Shown here one piece after another: positions 1 to 9,184 of a DNA stretch of 64,000 bases. The stretch spans positions 288,001 through 352,000 of the forward strand of contig CAWDVP010000001.1 in assembly GCA_963805945.1 (NCBI GenBank). The letters are read 5' to 3'. Below the pieces are notes generated by a model. The model ran no database searches and had not been told where the DNA came from. It saw only the letters and a list, made by a program, of their open reading frames with translations. A program made the translations under genes and the position numbers. Each line of letters starts with the position of its first letter. The stretch's first letter is position 1. Origin of the DNA: Vulcanimicrobiota bacterium (GTDB lineage Bacteria > Vulcanimicrobiota > Vulcanimicrobiia > Eremiobacterales > Eremiobacteraceae).

Positions 1-282
1 TACGAGACGGTGGCGGTGCGCGACAAGGGACGCATCTTCAACCAAGCGCTCACCTTCGCGCTCGAACTCGGCTTCATGCTCGACTGCGCGCAGGCGACCA
101 TCATCGGCGCGCTCGAACGCAAGGAGAGCCGCGGCGCGCAGTCGCGCACGGACTATCCCGACCGCAACGATGCCGAATGGCTCAAACACGTCGTGATCAC
201 AAAGCGCGAAGGCCAAGACCCGGCCATCAGCTACCAACCGGTGACCATCACGAAGTGGCCGCCGCAGGAGCGTAAGTACTAA
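1..282 (+). CDS. sdhA: Succinate dehydrogenase/fumarate reductase flavoprotein, C-terminal part (5' truncated by window)
   Basis: ERKESRGAQSRTDYPDRND..WLKH C-terminal motif, ends ..RKY; abuts the Fe-S subunit. Confidence 0.93.
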   Translation, partial: YETVAVRDKGRIFNQALTFALELGFMLDCAQATIIGALERKESRGAQSRTDYPDRNDAEWLKHVVITKREGQDPAISYQPVTITKWPPQERKY

Positions 283-1289
283 TGGAATGGACCGTCGTCG
301 TCGGAAGGTACAGTCAGCCGGGAGCCCCGCAGCCGAAGGGCGAGCTGGGCCCGGAGTGGCGCGCGCCATATCAGAAGGCGCCGCGCAAGACATACCAGAC
401 GTTCAAGATCGACCTGCCGCAGCATGCGATGGTGCTCGACGCGCTCATCGGCATCCGCGAGTATCAAGATGAGAGCCTGGGCGTGCGCTGCGCCTGCCGG
501 AGCGCGATCTGCGGCTCGTGCGCGATGTGGGTCAACGGCCATGCGCGCCTGGCGTGCACGAGCAAGCTGCAGGACCACGTCGTCGACGGCTCGATCACGG
601 TCGAGGCGCCGCCGTCAATGCCGGTGATCAAAGACCTGGTCTGCGACATGTCGCCGTTCTGGAAGAAGAACCTGTCGGTCAAGCCGTGGCTCGAGAACAA
701 GCTGCCGGTGCCGGCCGGCGAGGAATACCGCGTCACCAACGAATCGATGGAGAACCTCATCCAAGAGATCGGCTGCATCTCGTGCGGCGCGTGCCTCATG
801 GATTGCGAATCGTTTGCGGTCAACCCGGACTTCACCGGACCCGCGGCGCTCGCCAAGGCCTATCGCTACACGGACGACCCCCGCGATGCGGAGACGAAGG
901 CGCGCCTGGGCGGATACAGCGAGCCCAACGGCGTGTGGGACTGCACCCACTGCTACGAATGCGTGCAGCAATGTCCGAAGGGAGTCGCGCCGCTCGATCA
1001 GATCCTCAAGCTGCGCAAGATGGCGGTCGACGCCGGCTTCACCCACAACGCCGGCACGCGGCATGCCGACGCCTTCGCCGAGTCGGTGCGCGACAGCGGT
1101 CGTCTTAACGAGCTGACGCTCATGCCGAAGTCGGTGGGGCTCTTCAATATCCCGGCGCAGCTCGCGGCGCTGCCGACGGCGCTCGGTCTGCTGCGCGCCG
1201 GCAAGCTGCCGCCGATCATCCATCACGCGATCCCGCACGTGGACCGCATCAAGAACATCTTCAAGAAGATAGGCGGAAGGAACAAATGA
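282..1289 (+). CDS. sdhB: Succinate dehydrogenase/fumarate reductase iron-sulfur subunit with C-terminal extension
   Basis: CRSAICGSC [2Fe-2S] motif; CISCGACLMDC and CTHCYECVQQCP ferredoxin motifs. Confidence 0.93.
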   Translation: MEWTVVVGRYSQPGAPQPKGELGPEWRAPYQKAPRKTYQTFKIDLPQHAMVLDALIGIREYQDESLGVRCACRSAICGSCAMWVNGHARLACTSKLQDHVVDGSITVEAPPSMPVIKDLVCDMSPFWKKNLSVKPWLENKLPVPAGEEYRVTNESMENLIQEIGCISCGACLMDCESFAVNPDFTGPAALAKAYRYTDDPRDAETKARLGGYSEPNGVWDCTHCYECVQQCPKGVAPLDQILKLRKMAVDAGFTHNAGTRHADAFAESVRDSGRLNELTLMPKSVGLFNIPAQLAALPTALGLLRAGKLPPIIHHAIPHVDRIKNIFKKIGGRNK

Positions 1290-2170
1290 AAGTCGCGTTC
1301 TTCCCCGGCTGCGTCTCCAAGGGCGCCTGCCCCGAGCTCTACGTGTCCACCCAGAAGGTGGCGCAAGCGCTCGGCATCGAGCTGCACGAGCTTACCGAAG
1401 CGCCGTGCACCGGCGCTGGCGTGCTCAGCGAGCAGAATCCGCCGCTCGCCGATTCGCTCAACGGCCTCACGCTGGCGATGGCAGAGAAACTGGGCGCCGA
1501 CCTCATGACGATCTGCTCGACCTGCCAGGGCGTCCTCTCCAACCACAACTATCATCTGAAGAAGGATCCGGACCGGCTCCAAGCGGCGAACACGGTGCTC
1601 GCCGACAGCGGCTTCGAGTACCACGGCACCACGAAGGTCAAGCATCTGATGTGGATCCTCGTCGAGGATATCGGACTCGACAAGATCCGCTCGCTGGTGA
1701 AGCGCAAGCTGACCGGGCTGAAGATCGCGCCGTTTTACGGCTGCTACATCCTGCGTCCGCAAGAGTATCTCGGCATCAAGGAGCGGCCAGAGCGCGCCAC
1801 CTACCTCGAGCAGATCATCGAGATCGTCGGCGGCACCCCGGTGGAGTATCACGGCAAGTCGAAATGCTGCGGCTTCCCGATGACGACGATGAACAAGGAC
1901 AAATCGCTGGCGATGGGCGCGAATCACATCCTCGAGGCCAAGGAGAAAGGCGCCGATCTGCTCGTGACGCCGTGTCCGCTGTGCCATCTCAATCTCGATG
2001 CGCAGCAGCCCGACGCGGCCAAGGTGGTCAAGAAGACGATCGACACGCCGATCTTTCATCTGCCGCAGCTGCTCGGCCTCGCATTCGGCTTCAGCCCGGA
2101 AGAGCTGCGCCTCAACCATCACGTCGTGTCGACGACGCGCGCGCTCGAGAAGGTCGAACTCAAAGTCTAG
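1286..2170 (+). CDS. HdrB-like CCG-domain subunit (SdhE-type anchor of type E SQR)
   Basis: FFPGC, CTGAG, CSTC, YGC, KCCG, PCPLCH motifs; ATGA overlap with sdhB. Confidence 0.88.
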   Translation: MKVAFFPGCVSKGACPELYVSTQKVAQALGIELHELTEAPCTGAGVLSEQNPPLADSLNGLTLAMAEKLGADLMTICSTCQGVLSNHNYHLKKDPDRLQAANTVLADSGFEYHGTTKVKHLMWILVEDIGLDKIRSLVKRKLTGLKIAPFYGCYILRPQEYLGIKERPERATYLEQIIEIVGGTPVEYHGKSKCCGFPMTTMNKDKSLAMGANHILEAKEKGADLLVTPCPLCHLNLDAQQPDAAKVVKKTIDTPIFHLPQLLGLAFGFSPEELRLNHHVVSTTRALEKVELKV

Positions 2171-2182
2171 CCCGACTTCGAT

Positions 2183-2210
2183 CTATGGAGCGGTCGAATT
2201 TATTCGACCG
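2183..2210 (+). repeat. REP-like palindrome, family A
   Basis: CTATGGAG-CGGTCGAATTTATTCGACCG; five related copies in window. Confidence 0.85.
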
Positions 2211-2211
2211 G

Positions 2212-2233
2212 GGGCCGATCTTCGGATCGGCCC
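2212..2233. repeat. REP-like palindrome, family B (may double as sdh terminator)
   Basis: GGGCCGATC-TTCG-GATCGGCCC followed by TTTT. Confidence 0.75.
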
Positions 2234-2249
2234 TTTTCTGTTGCCGACC

Positions 2250-2280
2250 TTGACCAGCCCCGGCCTGCACGTGATATAAT
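2250..2280 (+). promoter_or_regulatory. Putative sigma70 promoter of Uma2 gene
   Basis: TTGACC ... extended -10 TGaTATAAT, 15 nt before the ATG. Confidence 0.6.
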
Positions 2281-2295
2281 CCGCGTGCACGCATC

Positions 2296-2835
2296 ATGCC
2301 ACGAGAGATCACGCTGCCGGAGGCGAAACCGGCGCTCGAATGGGTCAACGGCCGGGTTCTGCAAAAGATGAGCCCCAAGCGCCAGCATGGAGTCGCGCAG
2401 GGGCGCTTCTACGCTGCGCTAGACGCGTGGGCAGAGGCTCGGCGTCTCGGGATCGTGGCCACCGAATGGAGATTTCGAATCCAACCGCCCGGCGAGGAAC
2501 GCCGTCCGCTGGTGCCGGATGTCGCGTTCCTGTCATATGCAACGCTCCCGTACGAGATACAGCAGGTCACAGACGAACCGGAAGTCGCGCCCGACGTGGT
2601 CGTCGAGGTTCTTTCAGCCGGCGATCGGAGCGTCGACGTCGAGGAAAAGATCCGAGTGTACCTCGCCGCGGGCGCGGGCGTCATCTTCCTCGTCGACCCA
2701 AGGGCCAAGACCGTACGCGTCCGCGACTCCAAAGGCGAGTGCACAGTGACGGAGAGCGGGATGCTCACGCACGAGTCGCTACAAGGATTCAGTCTACCCG
2801 TTCGCCAGCTCTTCTTCGTGGCGAAGCCGGACTAA
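2296..2835 (+). CDS. Uma2-family (PD-(D/E)xK) endonuclease-like protein
   Basis: EWVNG..MSP..H, PDVAF, APDVVVEVLS, K..YL.AG, LVDP motifs. Confidence 0.9.
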   Translation: MPREITLPEAKPALEWVNGRVLQKMSPKRQHGVAQGRFYAALDAWAEARRLGIVATEWRFRIQPPGEERRPLVPDVAFLSYATLPYEIQQVTDEPEVAPDVVVEVLSAGDRSVDVEEKIRVYLAAGAGVIFLVDPRAKTVRVRDSKGECTVTESGMLTHESLQGFSLPVRQLFFVAKPD

Positions 2836-2864
2836 CGGTCGAATCGAATTCGACCGCTCCATAG
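2836..2864 (-). repeat. REP-like palindrome, family A (inverted relative to the 2183 copy)
   Basis: CGGTCGAATCGAATTCGACCG-CTCCATAG. Confidence 0.85.
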
Positions 2865-2867
2865 ACG

Positions 2868-3317
2868 CTATTCGCGGACGTACTTGATGAACGACGTCCG
2901 CTTTGCGAGCGTGTCATAGAGCGCACGCGCGTCGGCGTTATATTCCTGCGTCAACCAATACACGCTGCTCGCGCCCGCCGCGTCGGCCGCTTTGTAGACC
3001 GCCTCGATCAGCGCGCGGCCGGCGCCAAGCCCGCGCGCGTCCTCAGCGACGAAGAGGTCCTCGAGGTAGCAGTACTCGCCGATCGACCACGACGCGCGGT
3101 GGAAGAGATAGTGGACGAACCCGACGATGCGGCCCTCGCTCACGGCGAGCAATCCGTGGGGCTGTTCATGCACGTCCAGCAGGCGACGCCACGTCGCCTC
3201 GGTCACTTCCGCATCGAGCCTCGCGCGATAGAACCTCAGATAGCCGTGCCAGAGCTCTTCCCAGCGCGCTCGATCGGCGGGCAGCGGGGCGCGCAACGTG
3301 ATGCCCGTCGCGCTCAT
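2868..3317 (-). CDS. GNAT N-acetyltransferase
   Basis: [29 protein letters not shown]. Confidence 0.9.
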   Translation of the reverse strand: MSATGITLRAPLPADRARWEELWHGYLRFYRARLDAEVTEATWRRLLDVHEQPHGLLAVSEGRIVGFVHYLFHRASWSIGEYCYLEDLFVAEDARGLGAGRALIEAVYKAADAAGASSVYWLTQEYNADARALYDTLAKRTSFIKYVRE

Positions 3318-6115
3318 ACGGTGTCGTCATCCTCCGATTCTTCGTCATCTGGTTTGTTCAATGAGTCGGGCGGCAGCAGCCCTCGGCGGCGCGCCTCGGC
3401 CACCGCCCTCGTCCGCGATGCCGCACCGAGCTTCGCGAGCACGCGCTCGACGTGCGTCTCCACCGTCCTTGTGCTCACGTCGAGCCGCTGCGCCACCTCC
3501 TTGTTCGAGAGTCCGAGCGCGACGAGCGAAAGCACCTCTAGCTCACGCTTCGTGAGTGCCTCCCCGCGCGGGACACGGCGCGTGCGCTTTGCCTTCGGGC
3601 CGTGCAGCCAGCCGAGCTGCGTCGACCGCAACGCGATCTGCACGTCGGCGCGCCGCTGCCCGATCGGGCGCAACAACTCCGCGATCGCGGCCGCCTCGAA
3701 TCGGGCGCCGCCATGCTCTAGCTTCTCGTAGCCTGCCGCCGCTGCTCCGGCAGCATCGGCAAGAGCGCTGCCCGCACCCGTGTTGAGCCCTCGGATCGCG
3801 CTGCTCAAATCGTGCAGTTCGGCGACATCCCGGCGGGCGGCGATGAAGCGGTGGAATCGTTTCGCGGCCGGCAACTCATGGAGCGCCGCGACCGGCTCGT
3901 CCGGACCGACCGCGAGCGCCAGCTCGAGCATCGCGCCAGCCGACGCGAGCAATGCCGCGTCGACCGCGTCTATGGGCTCGACGCCCGTGACGTCGGCGAT
4001 CGCCTCCGCGCGCGCCGTGGACGCGTCGGAGCTTTCTAGGAGCGTCGCATACAGCGCGGCGTCCGCCTTCATCGCCGCGCGTTCGGGTGGCGGCGGCGAG
4101 GTCGACGCAAGCGCGGCGCGCACGATCTGCAGCGCTTGCGCGGCCGCTCCACCCACGAATGCGCAGCGCGCGAGCATCCGCTGTGAGTGCGCAGCCATGC
4201 GCCTGCGATCCGGGGCATACCATGCGACGGCGGCATGCTCGCGCAGGGTCTCGGCGGCATGCGCGCATTTCTCACGCTCTCCCGCCCCCGCGTGGATCTC
4301 CACAAGCACGTAGTAGACGTTGGCCATTTCGGTCTGCAAGTTCAGGTCGCGCCCGAGCACGGTTCCCTGACGCGCGTAGTCGGCCGCAGCGTTGATGTCA
4401 CCCCAGAGCAGCGACAGGCGGGCGTACCAGAACAGCGCGCAGCACAGCAGGACCACATGCTCTGATGGCTCGAGATCGCGCAGCAGCTCGCTCATCCTCA
4501 TATCTGCCCGCGCGAAGTCGCCGAGGCAGGTCGCCGCATACGCATACAGGAGCGCGGCACGGAAGCGCAGCACGGGCGACGCCGCTCCCAGTTCGGCGGC
4601 CGTCGCGGCTTTCTCAACTGCGGTCACGTAGTCGCCTTCGATCGTCTTGGTCCATCCCAGCAGGATCAGTGCGGTGGCCCGCTGCTGTGTGCCCAGCGCG
4701 TCCGCTTCTCTGACGAACCCGCCGATCTCGCCGACGACCTCAGGGTCGACGCTGTCCAAAGCGCCCCAGAGCAGCTGCACGCGCAACGCGAAGATGGACT
4801 CCTCGTCGCGCAGCTGTTTCGCGATCTCCAGAGCGGTGAGGAACAGCTCGCGTGCGCCAGGCATGCCGCGCTGGCGCATCAGCATGCCCTGGACTCGGCC
4901 GACGAGGACGGGGACATCAGCGCCGCGTTTGCCGAGCTCCCTGACCGCGCGCCCGGCCTGTTCTCCATGGCCGTCGGCGAACAGCGTGTCGGCGTGGATG
5001 GTGAGGAATAGTGCGAGCCGTTTCTCGTCTCGCGACCTCTCGAAATGGAACAACGCCGGCGCATGCAGGCCCGCCGCTTCGAGCATGTCGCCGGCCCAGA
5101 CATGGAGACGCGCGACGCCGTCGTCGCCGTCTCGCTCCCGGATCCGATCGAGCAGCGCTTCGCGCATGAGCGAATGCTGCCGATACGTCTCGCCCGACCG
5201 CAACACCGCAAGCATCTCGCCGCGCCGTTCCAGCTCCCGCAGCATGCGGCGCGCCGCCGGAAACCCGCCGTGCTGCTCAAGGACCGAGGCCTCGAGCACG
5301 TCGAGCGTCGCGGTGCGCTCCAAGAACCCGGTGAGCTCGTCGGGCAGTGTCGCGACGTGCGCGGTGATGAGCTGGGTGACCAGCGGCGCGTCGGGTGTCG
5401 CATGCGCAGTGGTCGCGTCCGCTTGAGCGCCGACCAGCAGCGAGATGCCGGCGGGCCAGCCTTCACAGCGAGCGCATAGCTCGGCCGCCATACGCTCGTC
5501 CAGATCCGCACCATGCTTGCGCGCCAAGAGCGCCGTCTCCGAATCGCTGAACTTCAGATCGTCGACGCCGAACATCACCGCACGGCCTTGCGATGTCCAC
5601 TCCGCCAGCGGGAGCGAGGGAGAGCTGCGGCCGATGAGCAGCAGCGTCACGGTCTCGGGGAGCTGGCGCATCGCGCCCGTGATGAAATCGGAAAGCGCCA
5701 GATCGCCTTCGAGCACCTGGTAGTCCTCGATCACGAGGACGAGGCGTTCCGGGATGTGACCGAGCTCTTGCGCGAAGGCCGCACCGATGCGCGTGACCCA
5801 ACGCCGGAGCGCGTCGGCATCATCTGAAGGTGGGCGGCCGTGCGCTGCAAGCGCAAGCGTGAAGCGTCCGAAATCCTCGCGGACGGTGCTCACCTCCTCG
5901 ACGAGCGGCTCGATGAAGCCGCCGGCATGCCAGGGCTGCGCGGTGTACCACACCGCGGGCAGACCGACGGCGTCGACGGTCAGCGCGCCCGCCGACGTCT
6001 TGCCGTAACCCGCCGGCGCCTGGATGACGATGAGGCGATGCGAGCGGATAGCCATAGACACGGCCTCCACAAAGGAAGCCCTTGGAATGAGGTCTCGGAC
6101 GGAAGGAACCGGCAT
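3314..6115 (-). CDS. MalT-like ATP-dependent LuxR-family transcriptional regulator
   Basis: N-terminal APAGYGKT Walker A, EGWPAG motif, TPR-like middle, C-terminal [25 protein letters not shown]. Confidence 0.88.
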   Translation of the reverse strand: MPVPSVRDLIPRASFVEAVSMAIRSHRLIVIQAPAGYGKTSAGALTVDAVGLPAVWYTAQPWHAGGFIEPLVEEVSTVREDFGRFTLALAAHGRPPSDDADALRRWVTRIGAAFAQELGHIPERLVLVIEDYQVLEGDLALSDFITGAMRQLPETVTLLLIGRSSPSLPLAEWTSQGRAVMFGVDDLKFSDSETALLARKHGADLDERMAAELCARCEGWPAGISLLVGAQADATTAHATPDAPLVTQLITAHVATLPDELTGFLERTATLDVLEASVLEQHGGFPAARRMLRELERRGEMLAVLRSGETYRQHSLMREALLDRIRERDGDDGVARLHVWAGDMLEAAGLHAPALFHFERSRDEKRLALFLTIHADTLFADGHGEQAGRAVRELGKRGADVPVLVGRVQGMLMRQRGMPGARELFLTALEIAKQLRDEESIFALRVQLLWGALDSVDPEVVGEIGGFVREADALGTQQRATALILLGWTKTIEGDYVTAVEKAATAAELGAASPVLRFRAALLYAYAATCLGDFARADMRMSELLRDLEPSEHVVLLCCALFWYARLSLLWGDINAAADYARQGTVLGRDLNLQTEMANVYYVLVEIHAGAGEREKCAHAAETLREHAAVAWYAPDRRRMAAHSQRMLARCAFVGGAAAQALQIVRAALASTSPPPPERAAMKADAALYATLLESSDASTARAEAIADVTGVEPIDAVDAALLASAGAMLELALAVGPDEPVAALHELPAAKRFHRFIAARRDVAELHDLSSAIRGLNTGAGSALADAAGAAAAGYEKLEHGGARFEAAAIAELLRPIGQRRADVQIALRSTQLGWLHGPKAKRTRRVPRGEALTKRELEVLSLVALGLSNKEVAQRLDVSTRTVETHVERVLAKLGAASRTRAVAEARRRGLLPPDSLNKPDDEESEDDDTV

Positions 6116-6286
6116 CCGCTGGCACGCCCCTCAACTTTCCGCCTCGGGCGCTTGCTTGGTTCCCGTGCCTATTCCTACGGGTCGGCGCGCCGGCGCTGTG
6201 AGGAGCGATCACTCCCGCGGACGACGCCGTAACGGACGCGGCGCGGCCGCGGTCCTATGACAGGGAGTTCGTTAGGAGTCTTCGCG

Positions 6287-6457
6287 ATGAAAGCGTTGCC
6301 CACGCATACGGGTCGATCGCCTCTGGAGGAGCCGTATCTCGACCAGATGTTGCATAGCTGGTGGTCGCTGACCACGATGCGGTTCATCCCGCTCTACCTG
6401 CAATACCGGCGCATGCTTGCCGCGGCATCAAAACTGGTTGTCGCTCCGAAACGTTAA
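6287..6457 (+). CDS. Small hypothetical protein (56 aa)
   Basis: AGGAG RBS before the ATG; divergent from the MalT-like gene. Confidence 0.5.
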   Translation: MKALPTHTGRSPLEEPYLDQMLHSWWSLTTMRFIPLYLQYRRMLAAASKLVVAPKR

Positions 6458-6463
6458 GCCGTC

Positions 6464-6645
6464 TTGTCCCGCCGATCGGAATTCTTATATGATGGCTGTC
6501 ACAACGGCTGCGTGACCCCGGTCACACGACGTAAGGGAGAAGCCTAGCACTCGCCGGCGGACCCCACAACCGGGCCGCGAGTGGCCGGTTGCTCGATACG
6601 GTGGGGGAGCTGCGATCACCGGCGCGGTTAGGCAACGCACCGGGT
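6464..6645 (+). promoter_or_regulatory. Putative promoter and structured 5' leader of PilZ gene
   Basis: TTGTCC-18-TATGAT; stems GTGAC/GTCAC and CACTCGC/GCGAGTG; CGTGA-N6-TCACA at 6511-6526. Confidence 0.45.
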
Positions 6646-7071
6646 ATGTCCATTTTCGGATTTCTGTTCAAGAACAAGAAACAGGCTGGCCCCACACGCA
6701 AGCCGCGCCTTGCCACGCGGCTCGCCATGAGCGAACCGGTGCGCTTCATGCCGACGGGCGGTTCCGAGCAGCCGGCGATCCTCCAAGACGTGTCTTCGAA
6801 CGGCGCATCCTTGCGGACGCATCAACGCATGCGCGTCGGCGAGCACTTGGCCCTGTCGATGTATTTCGGCCTGGACCAGCGTTACGATCTACACGCGCAA
6901 GTCGTGTATGCGCGCCCTGGCAGCCAGGGCTTTCATGCTCGCTACGGCGTGCGCTTCGTCGGCATGACCGACGACGAGCGGTTCAAGCTCGACACGTTCG
7001 TGAACGAGTGCCTCGCCGCGAGCCAGTTCGGCGTGCGGACTTTCACGCCGCCGCCCCACCAATACCAGTAG
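6646..7071 (+). CDS. Stand-alone PilZ-domain protein
   Basis: RKPR (RxxxR-like) and DVSSNG (D/NxSxxG) motifs, YGVRF strand. Confidence 0.85.
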   Translation: MSIFGFLFKNKKQAGPTRKPRLATRLAMSEPVRFMPTGGSEQPAILQDVSSNGASLRTHQRMRVGEHLALSMYFGLDQRYDLHAQVVYARPGSQGFHARYGVRFVGMTDDERFKLDTFVNECLAASQFGVRTFTPPPHQYQ

Positions 7072-7112
7072 CTCCGATCCGGTCGTGCTGTTTTCCGCGT
7101 AGCGAGAAACGG

Positions 7113-8237
7113 CTACGACGTCGTGCGCGCGAAACGCATGCTCGCCACGACGATGAGCGCGGCGCCCAGCCCTACCATCGCCGCGACCTGCGGCCACAGC
7201 GCGTCGAGACCCGCACCGCGCAGCACGATGCCGCGCAATATCTCCAAGAAATAGGTCAGCGGGATGGCCAAGCCCACCCATTGCATCACCGTGGGCATGA
7301 GCTCGCGCTCGAAGAAGAATCCTGACAGCAATATGGACGGCATGGTCAGCGCGAAGGTCATCAACATCGCCTGCAGCTGCGTCTGCGCGATCGACGACAC
7401 CAGCAGGCCCAGCCCCAACGCAGCCATGAGGAAACACCCGCCCAGGCACAGCAGCAGCGGGATGCTGCCCGCGATCGGCACCTGGAAGATGAACACCATC
7501 GCCAGCAGCACGGCGATGAAGTCCACGAAGCCGATGCACGCGTAGGGCACGATCTTGCCCAGCATGAGCCCGGTGGAGCCGATCGGCGTCACGAGCAGCT
7601 GATCGAGCGTGCCGCGCTCGCGCTCGCCGACGATCGAGAGCGCCATGAGGAAGATCGTGATGACCTGCATGATGACGCCGATGAGCCCAGGCACGAGGAA
7701 GTTGGCGCTGCGCAGGCTGGGGTTGAAGAGCATGCGCGGCCGGACGTCGATGAGCGCCGCGCTCACCTGCCCGTGCGGGCCTAGTTGCGCGGACAGCGAT
7801 TGGCCGATGAGGCCGGCGGCGCCGAAGGCCTGCTGCGCGATCGACGAATCCGAGCCATCGATGAGGACCTGCAGTTGCGCGCTCTTGCCGCCGAGCACGT
7901 CTGCGGAGAAGTTCGGCGGGATGTCGATCGCCACGTGCACCTTGCCGGCGACGATCAGATCCTTGAGCTCCTGGCGCGAATGCGCCACGCGCACCAAGTC
8001 GAACTGCTGCGACGCGCGTAGCGCGTCGAGCGCGCGGATCGCCATCGGACCACGGTCCTCGTCGAAGTAGGCAGTGCGTATGTGTTCGACGCGGGTGTTG
8101 ATCGCATAGCCGAAGAGCAGCAGCTGGAACACCGGCAGGGCGATGGCGAGGATCAAGGTGGTGCGATCGCGCGTCACGTGGAGCCACTCTTTGTAGAGCA
8201 CCGCGGTGAAGCCGCGCAGGTCGAAGGCGCGTCTCAT
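7113..8237 (-). CDS. ABC-2 transporter permease (YbhR/S-like)
   Basis: KEWLH..RD, ERERGTLDQLLVTP, six TM segments. Confidence 0.92.
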   Translation of the reverse strand: MRRAFDLRGFTAVLYKEWLHVTRDRTTLILAIALPVFQLLLFGYAINTRVEHIRTAYFDEDRGPMAIRALDALRASQQFDLVRVAHSRQELKDLIVAGKVHVAIDIPPNFSADVLGGKSAQLQVLIDGSDSSIAQQAFGAAGLIGQSLSAQLGPHGQVSAALIDVRPRMLFNPSLRSANFLVPGLIGVIMQVITIFLMALSIVGERERGTLDQLLVTPIGSTGLMLGKIVPYACIGFVDFIAVLLAMVFIFQVPIAGSIPLLLCLGGCFLMAALGLGLLVSSIAQTQLQAMLMTFALTMPSILLSGFFFERELMPTVMQWVGLAIPLTYFLEILRGIVLRGAGLDALWPQVAAMVGLGAALIVVASMRFARTTS

Positions 8238-9184
8238 GCCGCGTCGCGTTCCCGGGTGAGCGCGACGAACACATCTTCAAGCGACGGCTCGATGCGCTCG
8301 ATGCCCGCGATGCCGCAGCCGCTGCCCGCGAGATCCGCCTCGAGCCGTTGCGGGCTCACCTCCGCTCCGGTGACCAGGTGCAGGTCGCGGCCGAAGATCG
8401 TGACGTCCTTCACGTACGGCAGCGCCTTCGCCGCCGAGAATCCCGGCATCACGTTCTCGGTGTGCACCGCGTAGCGCACCGTGCCCGGCTGCTGGACGCC
8501 GGGCAGGCGCCGCAGCTCATCGAGCGTGCCGAGCGCGATCAGATCGCCGTTGAAGATGTAGCCGACGCGCGAACAGCGCTCCGCTTCATCCATATAGTGG
8601 GTCGTCACGAACAGCGTCACGCCCTGTTCTGCGAGCTGGAAGAGCAGGTCCCACAGGTCGCGGCGCGCCACCGGATCGATGCCGGCGGTCGGTTCGTCCA
8701 AGAAGAGGACTTGCGGCTCGTGCAGCAGTGCGGTCGCCAGCGCCAAGCGCTGCTTCCAGCCGCCCGACAGCTCGCGCGCGAGACGGTCCGCATATTCGCC
8801 GATGCCGGTGAGCGCGATGACGTCGCGCGCCCTGCTCGCGCGCCGCGCCGCATCCAATCCGTACGCCCGGCCGTAGAACTCGAGGTTCTCACGCACCGTC
8901 AAGTCGCCGTACAGCGAGAACTGCTGCGACATATAGCCGATCGCAGCGCGGACGCCGTCGCTCTCGCGCTCGACGTCGCAGCCGTCGACGCTGCCGCTGC
9001 CTGCGCTGGGCCGGACCAGCCCGCACAACATCTTGATCGTCGTCGACTTGCCGCTTCCGTTAGGCCCGAGAAAACCGAAGATCGATCCGCGCGCGACCTC
9101 GAAGCTGAGATCGCGCACCACGGTCTGCTCCCCGTAGCGTTTGGTCAGGCCGCGCAGGACGATGGCCGGCGCTTCGCTCACCAC
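8234..9184 (-). CDS. ABC transporter ATP-binding protein
   Basis: GPNGSGKS, LSGGWKQR, FLDEPT. Confidence 0.95.
   Translation of the reverse strand: MVSEAPAIVLRGLTKRYGEQTVVRDLSFEVARGSIFGFLGPNGSGKSTTIKMLCGLVRPSAGSGSVDGCDVERESDGVRAAIGYMSQQFSLYGDLTVRENLEFYGRAYGLDAARRASRARDVIALTGIGEYADRLARELSGGWKQRLALATALLHEPQVLFLDEPTAGIDPVARRDLWDLLFQLAEQGVTLFVTTHYMDEAERCSRVGYIFNGDLIALGTLDELRRLPGVQQPGTVRYAVHTENVMPGFSAAKALPYVKDVTIFGRDLHLVTGAEVSPQRLEADLAGSGCGIAGIERIEPSLEDVFVALTRERDAA

Noticed and set aside
6496..6516. SAM/SAH riboswitch look-alike CTGTCACAACGGCT-GCGTGAC
   Set aside because: It lacks several loop nucleotides of that aptamer as I recall it, the predicted TSS falls inside its 5' stem, and the downstream gene is unrelated to SAM.
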